Shown piece by piece: positions 44,541 through 52,802 of a stretch of 64,000 nucleotides of DNA (positions are counted from its first letter, which is position 1; each line of letters opens with the position of its first letter). The stretch comes from a virus. The translations under genes were made by a program, and so were the position numbers. The stretch is taken from positions 4,654 through 68,653 of the IMG/VR virus record IMGVR_UViG_3300045988_108221. One strand, written 5' to 3'. The notes beneath the pieces were generated by a model. It had not been told where the DNA came from, did no database searches, and saw only the letters and a program-made list of their open reading frames with translations.

Positions 44541-45354
44541 CTGCCTTTCGCAAGTGTTCTAATTCAAGAACACGGTCGATGTGGTCGTGTACTCTCATTT
44601 GTTTTTTATTGCGTTCTCCACTAAGCTCAACAATGGATGTACCACAATCGTTTGGGCGATAACCCTTGTCTGCGGAATAACCGCCCCAACCAAGGAATGA
44701 ACCTGTTTGGACATCCAAGTGTTCAATTAAAGACCAAGCCTTGGCAATACGGTTTGGTTCTGCCACCATGGTGCGTTCATACGTTGTCTTATGTAGATGC
44801 TCGTAGAACGTAATATCGGTATGTAGCCATTCCATTTTATCAGGTTTCTTTGAATTGTGCCATGTGCCAATAACATACAAGTTTTTATTGACATTAAAGA
44901 ATACCGATGCCATACCATGGTAGAATGGAACGCCCAACAGTTCAGCTAACATTTGCTCTGGGATTAAACGGTTATGTTTCAACGCTCGTTCATATCCATG
45001 GTTGCCACTTCGGCAGAACAAAATACGGTCTTTAATCGGTTCTAACAAGCGATATGCCGTAAGAACTTGGTCTCCACCGTGCTCAGATTGTTCAAATACC
45101 GATGATGCGGACGATGTGGTTGCATTATCCGTAGAGTCACCACCGATAATCAAATACAGATTGTCAATCGTTTTGACTTGAGAAATGAACTTCTCAAAGG
45201 CTTCACGATTGTGATAGATGTTACCGACATGGATATCAGATATGTCAGCAATATATGCTCGTTCCGACTCCACTCGAACATCCAATTTATTTACATTTAA
45301 GGACTGTTCAGCAATATTCAAATTCGTTTCTCCATATCTTTCAAACGTGTACAT
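44512..45354 (-). CDS. calcineurin-like metallophosphoesterase
   Basis: DISDIHVGN, GGDSTDN and GNHGYE motifs in canonical order. Confidence 0.75.
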   Translation of the reverse strand: MYTFERYGETNLNIAEQSLNVNKLDVRVESERAYIADISDIHVGNIYHNREAFEKFISQVKTIDNLYLIIGGDSTDNATTSSASSVFEQSEHGGDQVLTAYRLLEPIKDRILFCRSGNHGYERALKHNRLIPEQMLAELLGVPFYHGMASVFFNVNKNLYVIGTWHNSKKPDKMEWLHTDITFYEHLHKTTYERTMVAEPNRIAKAWSLIEHLDVQTGSFLGWGGYSADKGYRPNDCGTSIVELSGERNKKQMRVHDHIDRVLELEHLRKAVEHAKETKQ

Positions 45355-45971
45355 TGGTTGCCACAGAAATTACAAATGGTTTGGTTATCACCGAATGACC
45401 CATCCAGATATTCAACCGCTTTACAAGTAGTCATAGGTCTTTGTTCTCCAGCATATTTGTACATGCGTTTAAATGTTTGTCTTGCAGAGTCAAACGGATA
45501 GTTAACCTTGATGGTTGGTGTCTTTGCTTCGTAATGTCTAATACTTGGTCTCAAGACATCCTCATCAAGAACACCATTGTCAATTAAGTCTTTAAGTACT
45601 GCTTGAGCAATACCCAATGACTTCTTGAGTCTTCTTGAGGTCAACATTTTGTATTCACCAAATTGTTTGGCAATGTCGCTAACTTTCATTCGTAAGCCAT
45701 AACGCATCATAAGTCGTTTCATACAACTACTACCGACTTCTTTTCTAAGTCGCAAGAACGCATACATCAACTCTTTGATTTCTTCTTGTTCAATCAAGAT
45801 GTCCTCTGGTGAGCGTTCGTAATCAAAATCCCTGTAACGTTTCATCTTGCGTACCAATTTCTTTGATATTCGCTCTTGGTCGAACTCTTTAAAAGACATA
45901 CGGTTATCAAACTCGTGTATCTTAAAGAGTTCATCCGAATTAGAGCAAAAGAACTCCATTAATTTATTCAT
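45318..45971 (-). CDS. sigma-factor region-4-like / HTH transcription regulator (putative)
   Basis: RLMMRYGLRMKVSDIAKQFGEYKMLTSRRLKKSLGIAQAVLKDL resembles sigma70 region 4. C-terminal CNFCGNQC. Confidence 0.35.
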   Translation of the reverse strand: MNKLMEFFCSNSDELFKIHEFDNRMSFKEFDQERISKKLVRKMKRYRDFDYERSPEDILIEQEEIKELMYAFLRLRKEVGSSCMKRLMMRYGLRMKVSDIAKQFGEYKMLTSRRLKKSLGIAQAVLKDLIDNGVLDEDVLRPSIRHYEAKTPTIKVNYPFDSARQTFKRMYKYAGEQRPMTTCKAVEYLDGSFGDNQTICNFCGNQCTRLKDMEKRI

Positions 45972-46288
45972 GCGACCACCGTATATCTACTATCAACACC
46001 AATAATTTTCTTTGACCGTTCTCCGATTGATTGGCAACGGTCTGTCCGAAAATCACATTGTACGATTGTACCAACATTTCTACCGTTGTACGTTATCTTG
46101 CGATATTTACCCTTTGTGCGTTTCTTTTCTTGCTTTTCTGTTTCCTCGTCTTCACGCAAGAAGATTACCTCTGGTGAAATCGAATATAAATACTGTTGGA
46201 TTATCTCCCTGTGTTCACCGTATATTGATACTCGATATAACTCCCCATTCTTAAACATATCCACTAAAAACATATATCTTTTAAACAT
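45968..46288 (-). CDS. hypothetical protein
   Basis: 106-aa ORF. Confidence 0.5.
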   Translation of the reverse strand: MFKRYMFLVDMFKNGELYRVSIYGEHREIIQQYLYSISPEVIFLREDEETEKQEKKRTKGKYRKITYNGRNVGTIVQCDFRTDRCQSIGERSKKIIGVDSRYTVVA

Positions 46289-46306
46289 GGATGTGTTTCC
46301 CCTGTG

Positions 46307-46807
46307 TTATTTATTTGTTGACCCTGTGCCACCTGTGCGTTGGTCTGTTGTATTGTCGTAATCAGCCAAGAAATATTTTGTGAACACACCTTGCACGATA
46401 CGTTCTCCAGCTTCGATGGTTTGGGTTTCATCACCATAGTTATATAAAACCACCATGATTTCACCCTCGTTATCTGGATTGTTATAATAATCAGCATCAA
46501 TAACTGATGCACTAGTCGCCAGCATTAATTGGCGTTTAATACCCAAAGATGAACGCACTCGCAAGTCCAAGTATTCGTCTGGTGGCATATACGCTTTAAT
46601 ACCTGTTTTAATTAATACCGATTGTTTTGGTTCGATTGTATAGTCGTCATAAGCGTGGATGTCATAACCAGCACTATGGATTGACCCTCGTTTTGGCAAT
46701 TTAACAGGTGTTTCCATTCTACTTACGACCTCAAAACCTCGTACTCGCTTTGTTGCAGGTTTAAAGCCATGTATCTTTCGTATTGCATTTAATGTATTTT
46801 TTGACAT
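46307..46807 (-). CDS. dut: dUTP diphosphatase
   Basis: SAGYDIHA, VIDADYYN and C-terminal RTGGTGSTNK motifs. Confidence 0.85.
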   Translation of the reverse strand: MSKNTLNAIRKIHGFKPATKRVRGFEVVSRMETPVKLPKRGSIHSAGYDIHAYDDYTIEPKQSVLIKTGIKAYMPPDEYLDLRVRSSLGIKRQLMLATSASVIDADYYNNPDNEGEIMVVLYNYGDETQTIEAGERIVQGVFTKYFLADYDNTTDQRTGGTGSTNK

Positions 46808-46823
46808 AATTCTCCTCTAAAGG

Positions 46824-47156
46824 TTACACTAAGACTTCAACAGTAATATACTGTCGTCCAAATTCAATGGCATCTTCGTATGATGGCATCCAAATGTCAA
46901 TAGCATTTGAATAACCACCACCGAATCTATCTTTTACAACATACGTTCGACCATTAATAACCACTCGTGTGCCAAACGGTAAGTCGTCACTTGCGATTGC
47001 ACCATCGTGTGTCCATTCACCGTTTGCCATTGTGCCGTGGTCTGCATATGCGGATACCTCAGCTTGCATTTGATATGCTTGTGATGGCATTAAGCCACTC
47101 AGGAATAATACAAATGCAAGCAAACCCAGTCGTAACATATCTAAGCGTTTTTTCAT
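46824..47156 (-). CDS. secreted 3D-domain (MltA/RlpA-like DPBB) protein
   Basis: Start moved to ATG 47156 (signal peptide MKKRLDMLRLGLLAFVLFLSGLMPSQA). Contains GTMANGEW..IASDDLPFGTRVVINGRTYVVKDRFGGG..IDIWM. Confidence 0.6.
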   Translation of the reverse strand: MKKRLDMLRLGLLAFVLFLSGLMPSQAYQMQAEVSAYADHGTMANGEWTHDGAIASDDLPFGTRVVINGRTYVVKDRFGGGYSNAIDIWMPSYEDAIEFGRQYITVEVLV

Positions 47157-47160
47157 ATAT

Positions 47161-47271
47161 CTATCTCCTGTTGTCGTAATATTCAATAATTTGTTTAATC
47201 CATAAAAAGCACACATAGATAAAACCAACAAACATTAGTGTGGCAATTATCTTATGCAGTAATACTAACAT
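47161..47271 (-). CDS. possible 36-aa membrane peptide
   Basis: MLVLLHKIIATLMFVGFIYVCFLWIKQIIEYYDNRR, immediately upstream of the 3D-domain gene. Confidence 0.3.
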   Translation of the reverse strand: MLVLLHKIIATLMFVGFIYVCFLWIKQIIEYYDNRR

Positions 47272-47273
47272 AA

Positions 47274-47834
47274 TTAAACAGTCCATGATTGCACCGCATC
47301 TATTGTGTGATTTAATTCGTCAACGATACTGTCTTGTGCTTGATACCCAAGTTGCATAGACCAAATTAAACCAATAGTCAATGTATAATCGTTTAATAAA
47401 GCACCAGACACAATCTTGTTGACCTTAGATTGATTATCTTCGTCTAGTCGATATACAGCAATCGTATTTTCTTTTTCGACTTCATCAAAATCTGCAACAC
47501 AGTATTCTTCTTCGATGTCGCCTAATTTGTTAACAAATGCATGTACGATAATGTCACCATGGAACACAGTAAAGGCTTCATCAATCACACCCAAATCACA
47601 CAGGCATTTATCCAATGCTTCACCATTCAAGAACGCTTGACGTGCAATCTCGTTTGTATCCTCGTCTACATCGCCAGTTAAATACACAAGCCAATGCGGA
47701 TGCAATTTACGAATGTCTTCACATGATGGTGAGTCTGTGGATGTCAAGCAATAGGACTGACCGTTGAACCACAACAGTTGTTCTCCCCATAGTTTATTTA
47801 AACCATCTGTGTTTATTAATTTTTGTTCTAACAT
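47274..47834 (-). CDS. hypothetical protein
   Basis: 186-aa ORF. Confidence 0.5.
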   Translation of the reverse strand: MLEQKLINTDGLNKLWGEQLLWFNGQSYCLTSTDSPSCEDIRKLHPHWLVYLTGDVDEDTNEIARQAFLNGEALDKCLCDLGVIDEAFTVFHGDIIVHAFVNKLGDIEEEYCVADFDEVEKENTIAVYRLDEDNQSKVNKIVSGALLNDYTLTIGLIWSMQLGYQAQDSIVDELNHTIDAVQSWTV

Positions 47835-47849
47835 AAGTATTGTCTCCTA

Positions 47850-48269
47850 TTATGGTGTAATGTCATAAACTTTAAACTCGATGCGTGGATGCTCGCTATA
47901 GCGTTTTCTACAGATTACATCGCACACTTGGTTATCATCATGCCATACGATGCCACTCAATGCATCCATGACACCTTTTAATACGTTATCAACATCTGGT
48001 TTTTTAGTCGGTAGAATTAAGCCTGACTTCATATCTTCACGGTCTTTCTTGCGACCACCAGATGGTATTTTACGGTAAATATCAAGTTCAAACAGTAATG
48101 GCACTTCCGTTACATCTTTTGGATGTTCGATTGAGTCTTTAATCAGTTGTTTATAAGCCTTTGACTTCGGAGGGTCATATGCTCTTACGAAACGACCTCG
48201 TCCGCATAGGCGTGGACGACCTTGTGGAACAGGTTCTCCCATTACTGTTGCTGAATAAATTAATTTCAA
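47850..48269 (-). CDS. rusA: RusA-family Holliday junction resolvase
   Basis: GEPVPQGRPR near the N-terminus and PDVDNVLKGVMDALSGIVWHDDNQV. Confidence 0.8.
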   Translation of the reverse strand: MKLIYSATVMGEPVPQGRPRLCGRGRFVRAYDPPKSKAYKQLIKDSIEHPKDVTEVPLLFELDIYRKIPSGGRKKDREDMKSGLILPTKKPDVDNVLKGVMDALSGIVWHDDNQVCDVICRKRYSEHPRIEFKVYDITP

Positions 48270-48272
48270 GTA

Positions 48273-48455
48273 CTAAACCTCCGCTTTATCATACAATCGA
48301 CATAATGCATCTGTAATATCATCGCAAGCCTTGTCTACGAGATGAACAGCTTCTTGTTTTGACAGGTCAGATTCTAACATTCGTCTTCGGACTTCTGCCT
48401 TTAGTTCATTAGTTCTATAATCAATAATCGCAAGCATGTGTAATTCTTTTACCAT
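48273..48455 (-). CDS. hypothetical protein
   Basis: 60-aa ORF. Confidence 0.4.
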   Translation of the reverse strand: MVKELHMLAIIDYRTNELKAEVRRRMLESDLSKQEAVHLVDKACDDITDALCRLYDKAEV

Positions 48456-48458
48456 AGT

Positions 48459-49085
48459 CTATTCTCCGATTGTAGCTTTGATTTTATCAACTTGTTCTTT
48501 TAAATGATTTATGTCTTTAGAGTTATTAATCACGAAGTCACATTGAGATTTTAAATCATCAACAGATGTTTCTGACACATCGTTAAGTCTCGTTTCATTG
48601 CATGACCCATCTCTTTTCTTCATTCGTTTAATACGTTCTTTTTTGTTCGCTGAAATAAAGATTGCGACATTGAACGCTGGGTCTCCAACTTGTAGCTCTT
48701 TTAACATATCAAGCTCATTTTGATAACGACAATCAGTAACAATATATCGACTTGGTTTATCTACCAGTAGTTGATTCTTTAAGACAACAATCCAAAAGTC
48801 TTTAAACAATGACCGCAAACCATTGCCAAGTGCTTGTAGATGTTTCCGTTGTTTGCCATCTAAGACGGTTTTCTCAATCGTTTGTACCACAGGTAGAATA
48901 CCTTGTAATTCTTCGATTGAATATCCACTCAGGTCTGACAAATATTTCATGCCTGCATCTACACCATCAGATTGAATAATGGATACCATTTCTTTGATTG
49001 CATCTGCGTAGGCATACTGTGGAATATCATTAAACATTTCAGCAACAGTATCTTTACCAACGCCAGCACGACCAATTAATATCAT
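48459..49085 (-). CDS. deoxynucleoside monophosphate kinase-like P-loop protein
   Basis: P-loop GRAGVGKDT at the N-terminus; 208 aa; size and layout match phage dNMP kinases. Confidence 0.6.
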   Translation of the reverse strand: MILIGRAGVGKDTVAEMFNDIPQYAYADAIKEMVSIIQSDGVDAGMKYLSDLSGYSIEELQGILPVVQTIEKTVLDGKQRKHLQALGNGLRSLFKDFWIVVLKNQLLVDKPSRYIVTDCRYQNELDMLKELQVGDPAFNVAIFISANKKERIKRMKKRDGSCNETRLNDVSETSVDDLKSQCDFVINNSKDINHLKEQVDKIKATIGE

Positions 49086-49393
49086 TCGACTACCTCCGTT
49101 GTTCCAACGTCTTCGCTACAGGTCACAGGTTCAGCATCGAAGTTAAAGCTAAAGATTTTCTGTAAACGCTCTTGTGTGATATATTTCGTATGTTTGTTTT
49201 TATCTGGAAAATACAGTCTCACTCGTGGTGCTAAATAGCCAGCTTGACTGCGTTCACCATGCAGTTTCGTACAAATGTAAAACTCGTCACCAACACGCAA
49301 GTCATTGACAAACGCTGTTCTCGATTGTCGGTGAATTGCAGTCACTCGGTAACGGTCAACAGTACGAAACTCTTGAGTTTTTATGTTTAACAT
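49082..49393 (-). CDS. hypothetical protein
   Basis: Start taken at ATG 49393 (MLNIKTQEF..), TAATG overlap with the nuclease stop. Confidence 0.45.
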   Translation of the reverse strand: MLNIKTQEFRTVDRYRVTAIHRQSRTAFVNDLRVGDEFYICTKLHGERSQAGYLAPRVRLYFPDKNKHTKYITQERLQKIFSFNFDAEPVTCSEDVGTTEVVE

Positions 49394-50265
49394 TACTTTT
49401 TTATCCTTTCTTGATAATATGGACAACAATATGATACACTACAATAGTCTTTACATTTGCGACCCATTGGATATGTCTTGGACACCCATCGGTCTTTTGC
49501 AGAACACTCTCGTGGTAATTCTTGTTTGGCGATGGCATTTACCAAGGCATCCTTTTTGTATAACGCATAATCAAGCAACCTCTGGTCGTTCATCTTGGGT
49601 AGCTGTATTAGATAACATTGTTTATCTAAATTGAATGTCTTGATTGTATTAATTGGCTCTTTGATAATCACTTGTAAGAACATGTCATTGATTGGTATAC
49701 CATGCTTATTTAACAGTATTCTATATAAATTTTGTTGCTTGCAGTAATCTCCATAATGGTGTAAACCATCGTATACCCATTGTTGTCGCATCTCGGTTTC
49801 ACCCTTGCGTTTACCACGAGTGATTGTATATGGTCTCCACAATGGTCTTCCGCCCATCATTGTCGCACACTTGTATGCACCAACGACTTTGTAATCATAC
49901 AAGGTATGATGCTCTAAGTCAATACAGTCCATCTGACCTGTGAGACCTTGATAATTCAACCGAAACTCACCTGCGTAATTCTGCGGTAGACAATTCTCAA
50001 GAATACCATGCACGGATGTACCGACTGTCGCAGCAATCGAAGAGAATGGGTTGATTGTCTCTGGGTTGTTTGCCTTGAGATACATGTATAATGTTGGAGA
50101 CAATACCTCGGTGACTGAGAAGTGGTCTCTATTTAAATTCCTGAGACGACTTGCATTTACAAGCAAAGGTTTTGCAAGACACCGTTGCCCCATTCGACAT
50201 TCTTTCATACAGTCTTTAACCAGTATGGTTTTGCCGTCAGGGCACAGAAAGGAGTTTTCTTTCAT
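49393..50265 (-). CDS. PD-(D/E)XK nuclease with Cys cluster (Cas4/RecB-like exonuclease)
   Basis: N-terminal Cys residues, core MDCIDLE..LYDYKV, C-terminal CKDYCSVSYCCPYY. Confidence 0.6.
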   Translation of the reverse strand: MKENSFLCPDGKTILVKDCMKECRMGQRCLAKPLLVNASRLRNLNRDHFSVTEVLSPTLYMYLKANNPETINPFSSIAATVGTSVHGILENCLPQNYAGEFRLNYQGLTGQMDCIDLEHHTLYDYKVVGAYKCATMMGGRPLWRPYTITRGKRKGETEMRQQWVYDGLHHYGDYCKQQNLYRILLNKHGIPINDMFLQVIIKEPINTIKTFNLDKQCYLIQLPKMNDQRLLDYALYKKDALVNAIAKQELPRECSAKDRWVSKTYPMGRKCKDYCSVSYCCPYYQERIKK

Positions 50266-50291
50266 ATATTCACCTGCTTTCGTATATACTT

Positions 50292-50320
50292 ATTATACAG
50301 TATTTTTCTATGTTTGTCAA
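50292..50320 (-). promoter_or_regulatory. consensus sigma70 promoter
   Basis: Minus-strand TTGACA (50320-50315), 17-nt spacer, TATAAT (50297-50292). Confidence 0.75.
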
Positions 50321-50346
50321 CAAATTTGCCACCCCTTTATAAACAC

Positions 50347-50393
50347 AAAAAAAAGACCCAAGCGTGAAAGGAGGGAAAACGCTTGGGTCTTTT
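50347..50393 (-). terminator. strong (bidirectional-type) terminator ending the tRNA operon
   Basis: 11-bp stem AGACCCAAGCG / CGCTTGGGTCT. A8 on one side gives T8 on the minus strand; TTTT on the other side. Confidence 0.8.
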
Positions 50394-50517
50394 ACATAGT
50401 ACACTATGTTTAACGTGCTAGTGTGAACACTAAAGATGAAGATGATGGTTTGTAGAGGATTGCAAGTGTTTACATCTCTTGCGTGATGCTGTTATGTACA
50501 TAACAGAAGTAGACGTG

Positions 50518-50592
50518 TGCACTCAGCAAGACTCGAACTTGCATAACGAAAAAGATGATGAGAACCGTTGTTTTACATTAAACTATGAGTGC
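50518..50592 (-). ncRNA. tRNA-like element with aberrant 15-nt anticodon-position loop
   Basis: 7-bp acceptor GCACTCA/TGAGTGC, D arm GTTT-aatgta-AAAC, canonical T arm GCAAG-TTCGAGT-CTTGC. The stem AACGG/TCGTT encloses TTCTCATCATCTTTT. No encoded CCA. Confidence 0.4.
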
Positions 50593-50747
50593 ATGAGCGA
50601 CTTGGGTTTTACCCCAAGTCAGTTAGGAGGAAAAATCATGCGTACCTCTTGGACTATTACCCAAGACATACGATGTATGCCAGCCGAATGGCAAACCCTT
50701 GAGTAAACCATTCGGTGATACAATGGCGTACCATATGCATCTGGCTC

Positions 50748-50837
50748 TGGAGGAAAGTGTGGGATTTGAACCCACGGAACATTTCTGTTCGACAGTTTTC
50801 AAGACTGTTGCATTAAACCAAACTCTGCCAACTTTCC
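50748..50837 (-). tRNA. tRNA-Ser (anticodon UGA), type II, CCA encoded
   Basis: Hand-folded. Acceptor GGAAAGT/ACTTTCC. Anticodon arm ACAGT-CTTGAAA-ACTGT. Long variable arm GAACA-gaaa-TGTTC. T arm GTGGG-TTCAAAT-CCCAC. 3' end TCCA. Confidence 0.85.
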
Positions 50838-50934
50838 ATGTGAGTCGGCTGACAAAACAGCGTACGTCCGTTCTGTCTCTAACGGCAAGCCAGCTCATAC
50901 CGACCACCTTATTAGCTAGATAAGATGGATTTAA

Positions 50935-51026
50935 TGGAGGATGGTACAGGATTTGAACCTGTGGTCGTTTTAATGAACGACATCTCTTTAGCAAAGAGAC
51001 TCAATAAACCACTCTGACAACCACCC
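50935..51026 (-). tRNA. tRNA-Ser (anticodon GCU), type II, CCA encoded
   Basis: Hand-folded. Acceptor GGGTGGT/ACCATCC (G3-U70 wobble). Anticodon arm TCTCT-TTGCTAA-AGAGA. Variable arm GTCGTT-cattaa-AACGAC. T arm ACAGG-TTCAAAT-CCTGT. 3' end TCCA. Confidence 0.85.
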
Positions 51027-51445
51027 ATGTCTACCGCCACACAATCCTTGTTGTGTCATTCAACCACCGAAAGATTGCAATCTCGATGTCTTATGTTCGT
51101 ATACGTCTATACTCATCGGCGGTAGGAGCTATAGCGTACCTGTTGTAGCTTGACAGGCTCAAGCGAGTTTTAACGTCTTCACAATGACGGCGGTCAATAT
51201 AGAGCGGACTCTACATTTTTACACATGATGTTATCGTCTTGTCTGACGGTGTAATTATGAGATTACACACCCCTGTTAGTTTTATCAAGGCTATCAGAAA
51301 CTTGTTTTTGATGTTTGTTTGTCGCACATCAACCAAGCGACCTGTCTTTTACATCTATAGTGATGGTTTACAGTTGTCTCTGTCATGATTCTCGCTACAT
51401 GCAACGCTCACTTTTGACACGGTAGGTAGCACCGTTTATGCTATT

Positions 51446-51505
51446 TGGGTCTCTTGGGAATCGAACCCAAGGTCAAGTATACTCGATTGCTTCCTGCAAC
51501 GACCC
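51446..51505 (-). ncRNA. 60-nt mini tRNA-like element (acceptor plus T arm only)
   Basis: GGGTCGT...TTGGG-TTCGATT-CCCAA-GAGACCC-A. A canonical T arm and an acceptor with one mismatch. The D and anticodon arms are replaced by a tetraloop hairpin TCGAG-tata-CTTGA. Confidence 0.35.
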
Positions 51506-51588
51506 ATGTGTGTCAACGGATGTTACTCCGTTGACTATGTTAAGAAAGGAGGTGGACTAAGTAGGAACACAAACCTTAGTACACTATT

Positions 51589-51617
51589 ATAATAACATCT
51601 CCAACAGTACATGTCAA
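51589..51617 (-). promoter_or_regulatory. sigma70-type promoter of the tRNA operon
   Basis: Minus-strand TTGACA (51617-51612), 17-nt spacer, TATTAT. Confidence 0.6.
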
Positions 51618-51641
51618 GTATTTATTTTAGATTTTTACGAT

Positions 51642-52802
51642 TTATGAGAAATAATTAATCTCTGATAGATGAGATGTTTTCTCGTCATACTTGAATTGGA
51701 ATATATTGGCTGGCCCTCGTAATTTTCTACGAGTCTTACCAATTTTAACATATGTATGGTTCTTGACTTTTTCTCTTTCGTCAAAATCAAGTTGCGTATC
51801 GGTGATATATGGTCGCCACAACAACAAAATAATATCTGCAATGGCTTTTAACGCATTAGAACCCTTGATGTACCTCAATATTGGTTCATATGGTTTCTTA
51901 CTTTTTTCTTTCCCAAAGGTATTTTGAGATTCCTCGTTGAACTGGCAAAGCATAAACAAAATCAAGTTGAACTTTTTAACGTATTCTTTCATCTTGTTTG
52001 CATTTTTGGACAACACAGGAATGTCGTCAATATCAGGTATCAAGTGGAAATGGTCGAACACAACAAAATCCACAGGGAAATCGTTAGCATAACAAACCTC
52101 TGTAATCTTCTCAAGGTCTTCAATGGTTTTATTCGGCTCGTCAACAAAACGTACACGCTTGTCTAGCACAGCAGACACTTTTGAGTAAATCTCGATACCT
52201 GACTCCGTCTGCAACATCTCAAATAATTCGTCTTCTTCAACCCCAAGAATTTCCTTGACGATTTCAGCCAAGAATTGACCTCTTGGCATTTCCAAGGAGA
52301 AAATTAAGACATTATCATTAGAGTCCATTAATCGATGTGCAGCAACCTTGGCTGCAAAGAATGATTTACCTTGGTTGGTGTATGCACCAAGCAATACGAT
52401 TTCTCTACGTTTAACACCATTGATTGCAAAATCCAAGGATGGAAAACCAAGAGGAACACCCTCTTGACCGATGAATGTCTTCATGTCCTCAAACGAGTCA
52501 TTAAACCCATGGACTTTTTCCCAAAGTTCTTCACTATTGGAAGCAGTCACATCGAGATAATTTTTGACATCTTCAATGGAACGCTCCCATCGTTTTGCCA
52601 GCATGGTGGCAATATCGGCAAGCACCATTTTGTCTGTTACCGACTTGCAGAACCGAGATGCTTTTTTATATTGGTCTTCTTTTCTTGGGTATTCTTCCAA
52701 AAGAACATTCAAACATGTAATATCTAATGGTTCAGTCTCAAGAGAGCCAATGTCAATATTTTGGACTAACAAGTCGTTGTAATCTTTACATTGTTTCTCC
52801 AT
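51642..52802 (-). CDS. dnaB: DnaB-family replicative helicase
   Basis: Walker A GAYTNQGKSFFAAKVA, Walker B-like DFVVFDHFH, RecA-type C-terminal domain; 386 aa. Confidence 0.8.
   Translation of the reverse strand: MEKQCKDYNDLLVQNIDIGSLETEPLDITCLNVLLEEYPRKEDQYKKASRFCKSVTDKMVLADIATMLAKRWERSIEDVKNYLDVTASNSEELWEKVHGFNDSFEDMKTFIGQEGVPLGFPSLDFAINGVKRREIVLLGAYTNQGKSFFAAKVAAHRLMDSNDNVLIFSLEMPRGQFLAEIVKEILGVEEDELFEMLQTESGIEIYSKVSAVLDKRVRFVDEPNKTIEDLEKITEVCYANDFPVDFVVFDHFHLIPDIDDIPVLSKNANKMKEYVKKFNLILFMLCQFNEESQNTFGKEKSKKPYEPILRYIKGSNALKAIADIILLLWRPYITDTQLDFDEREKVKNHTYVKIGKTRRKLRGPANIFQFKYDEKTSHLSEINYFS

Noticed and set aside
50638-50706. Plus-strand 22-codon ORF (MRTSWTITQDIRCMPAEWQTLE) behind a perfect AGGAGG SD
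   Set aside because: It lies antisense inside the minus-strand tRNA operon, between a tRNA-like element and tRNA-Ser. No plus-strand promoter is seen, and the AGGAGG may be coincidental. Kept only as a note.
50479-50994. ORF-track entries 50479..50706(+), 50623..50994(-) and 50699..50923(+)
   Set aside because: They overlap the hand-folded tRNA genes and hairpin-rich spacers, and have no SD.
51446-51475. The T-arm/acceptor fragment as the attP core for the recombinase
   Set aside because: It is about 29 kb from the recombinase gene and sits inside a transcribed tRNA operon. The TACTAGG-repeat region next to the recombinase is a better attP candidate. It is still worth a BLAST against host tRNA 3' ends.
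51027-51505. Permuted two-piece tmRNA (acceptor/T-arm piece first, then coding piece)
   Set aside because: The order of a T-arm/acceptor element followed by structured RNA is suggestive. However, I find no G3-U70, no encoded CCA, no resume-codon/tag ORF ending in a hydrophobic ..AA stop, and no pseudoknot series that I can fold by hand.
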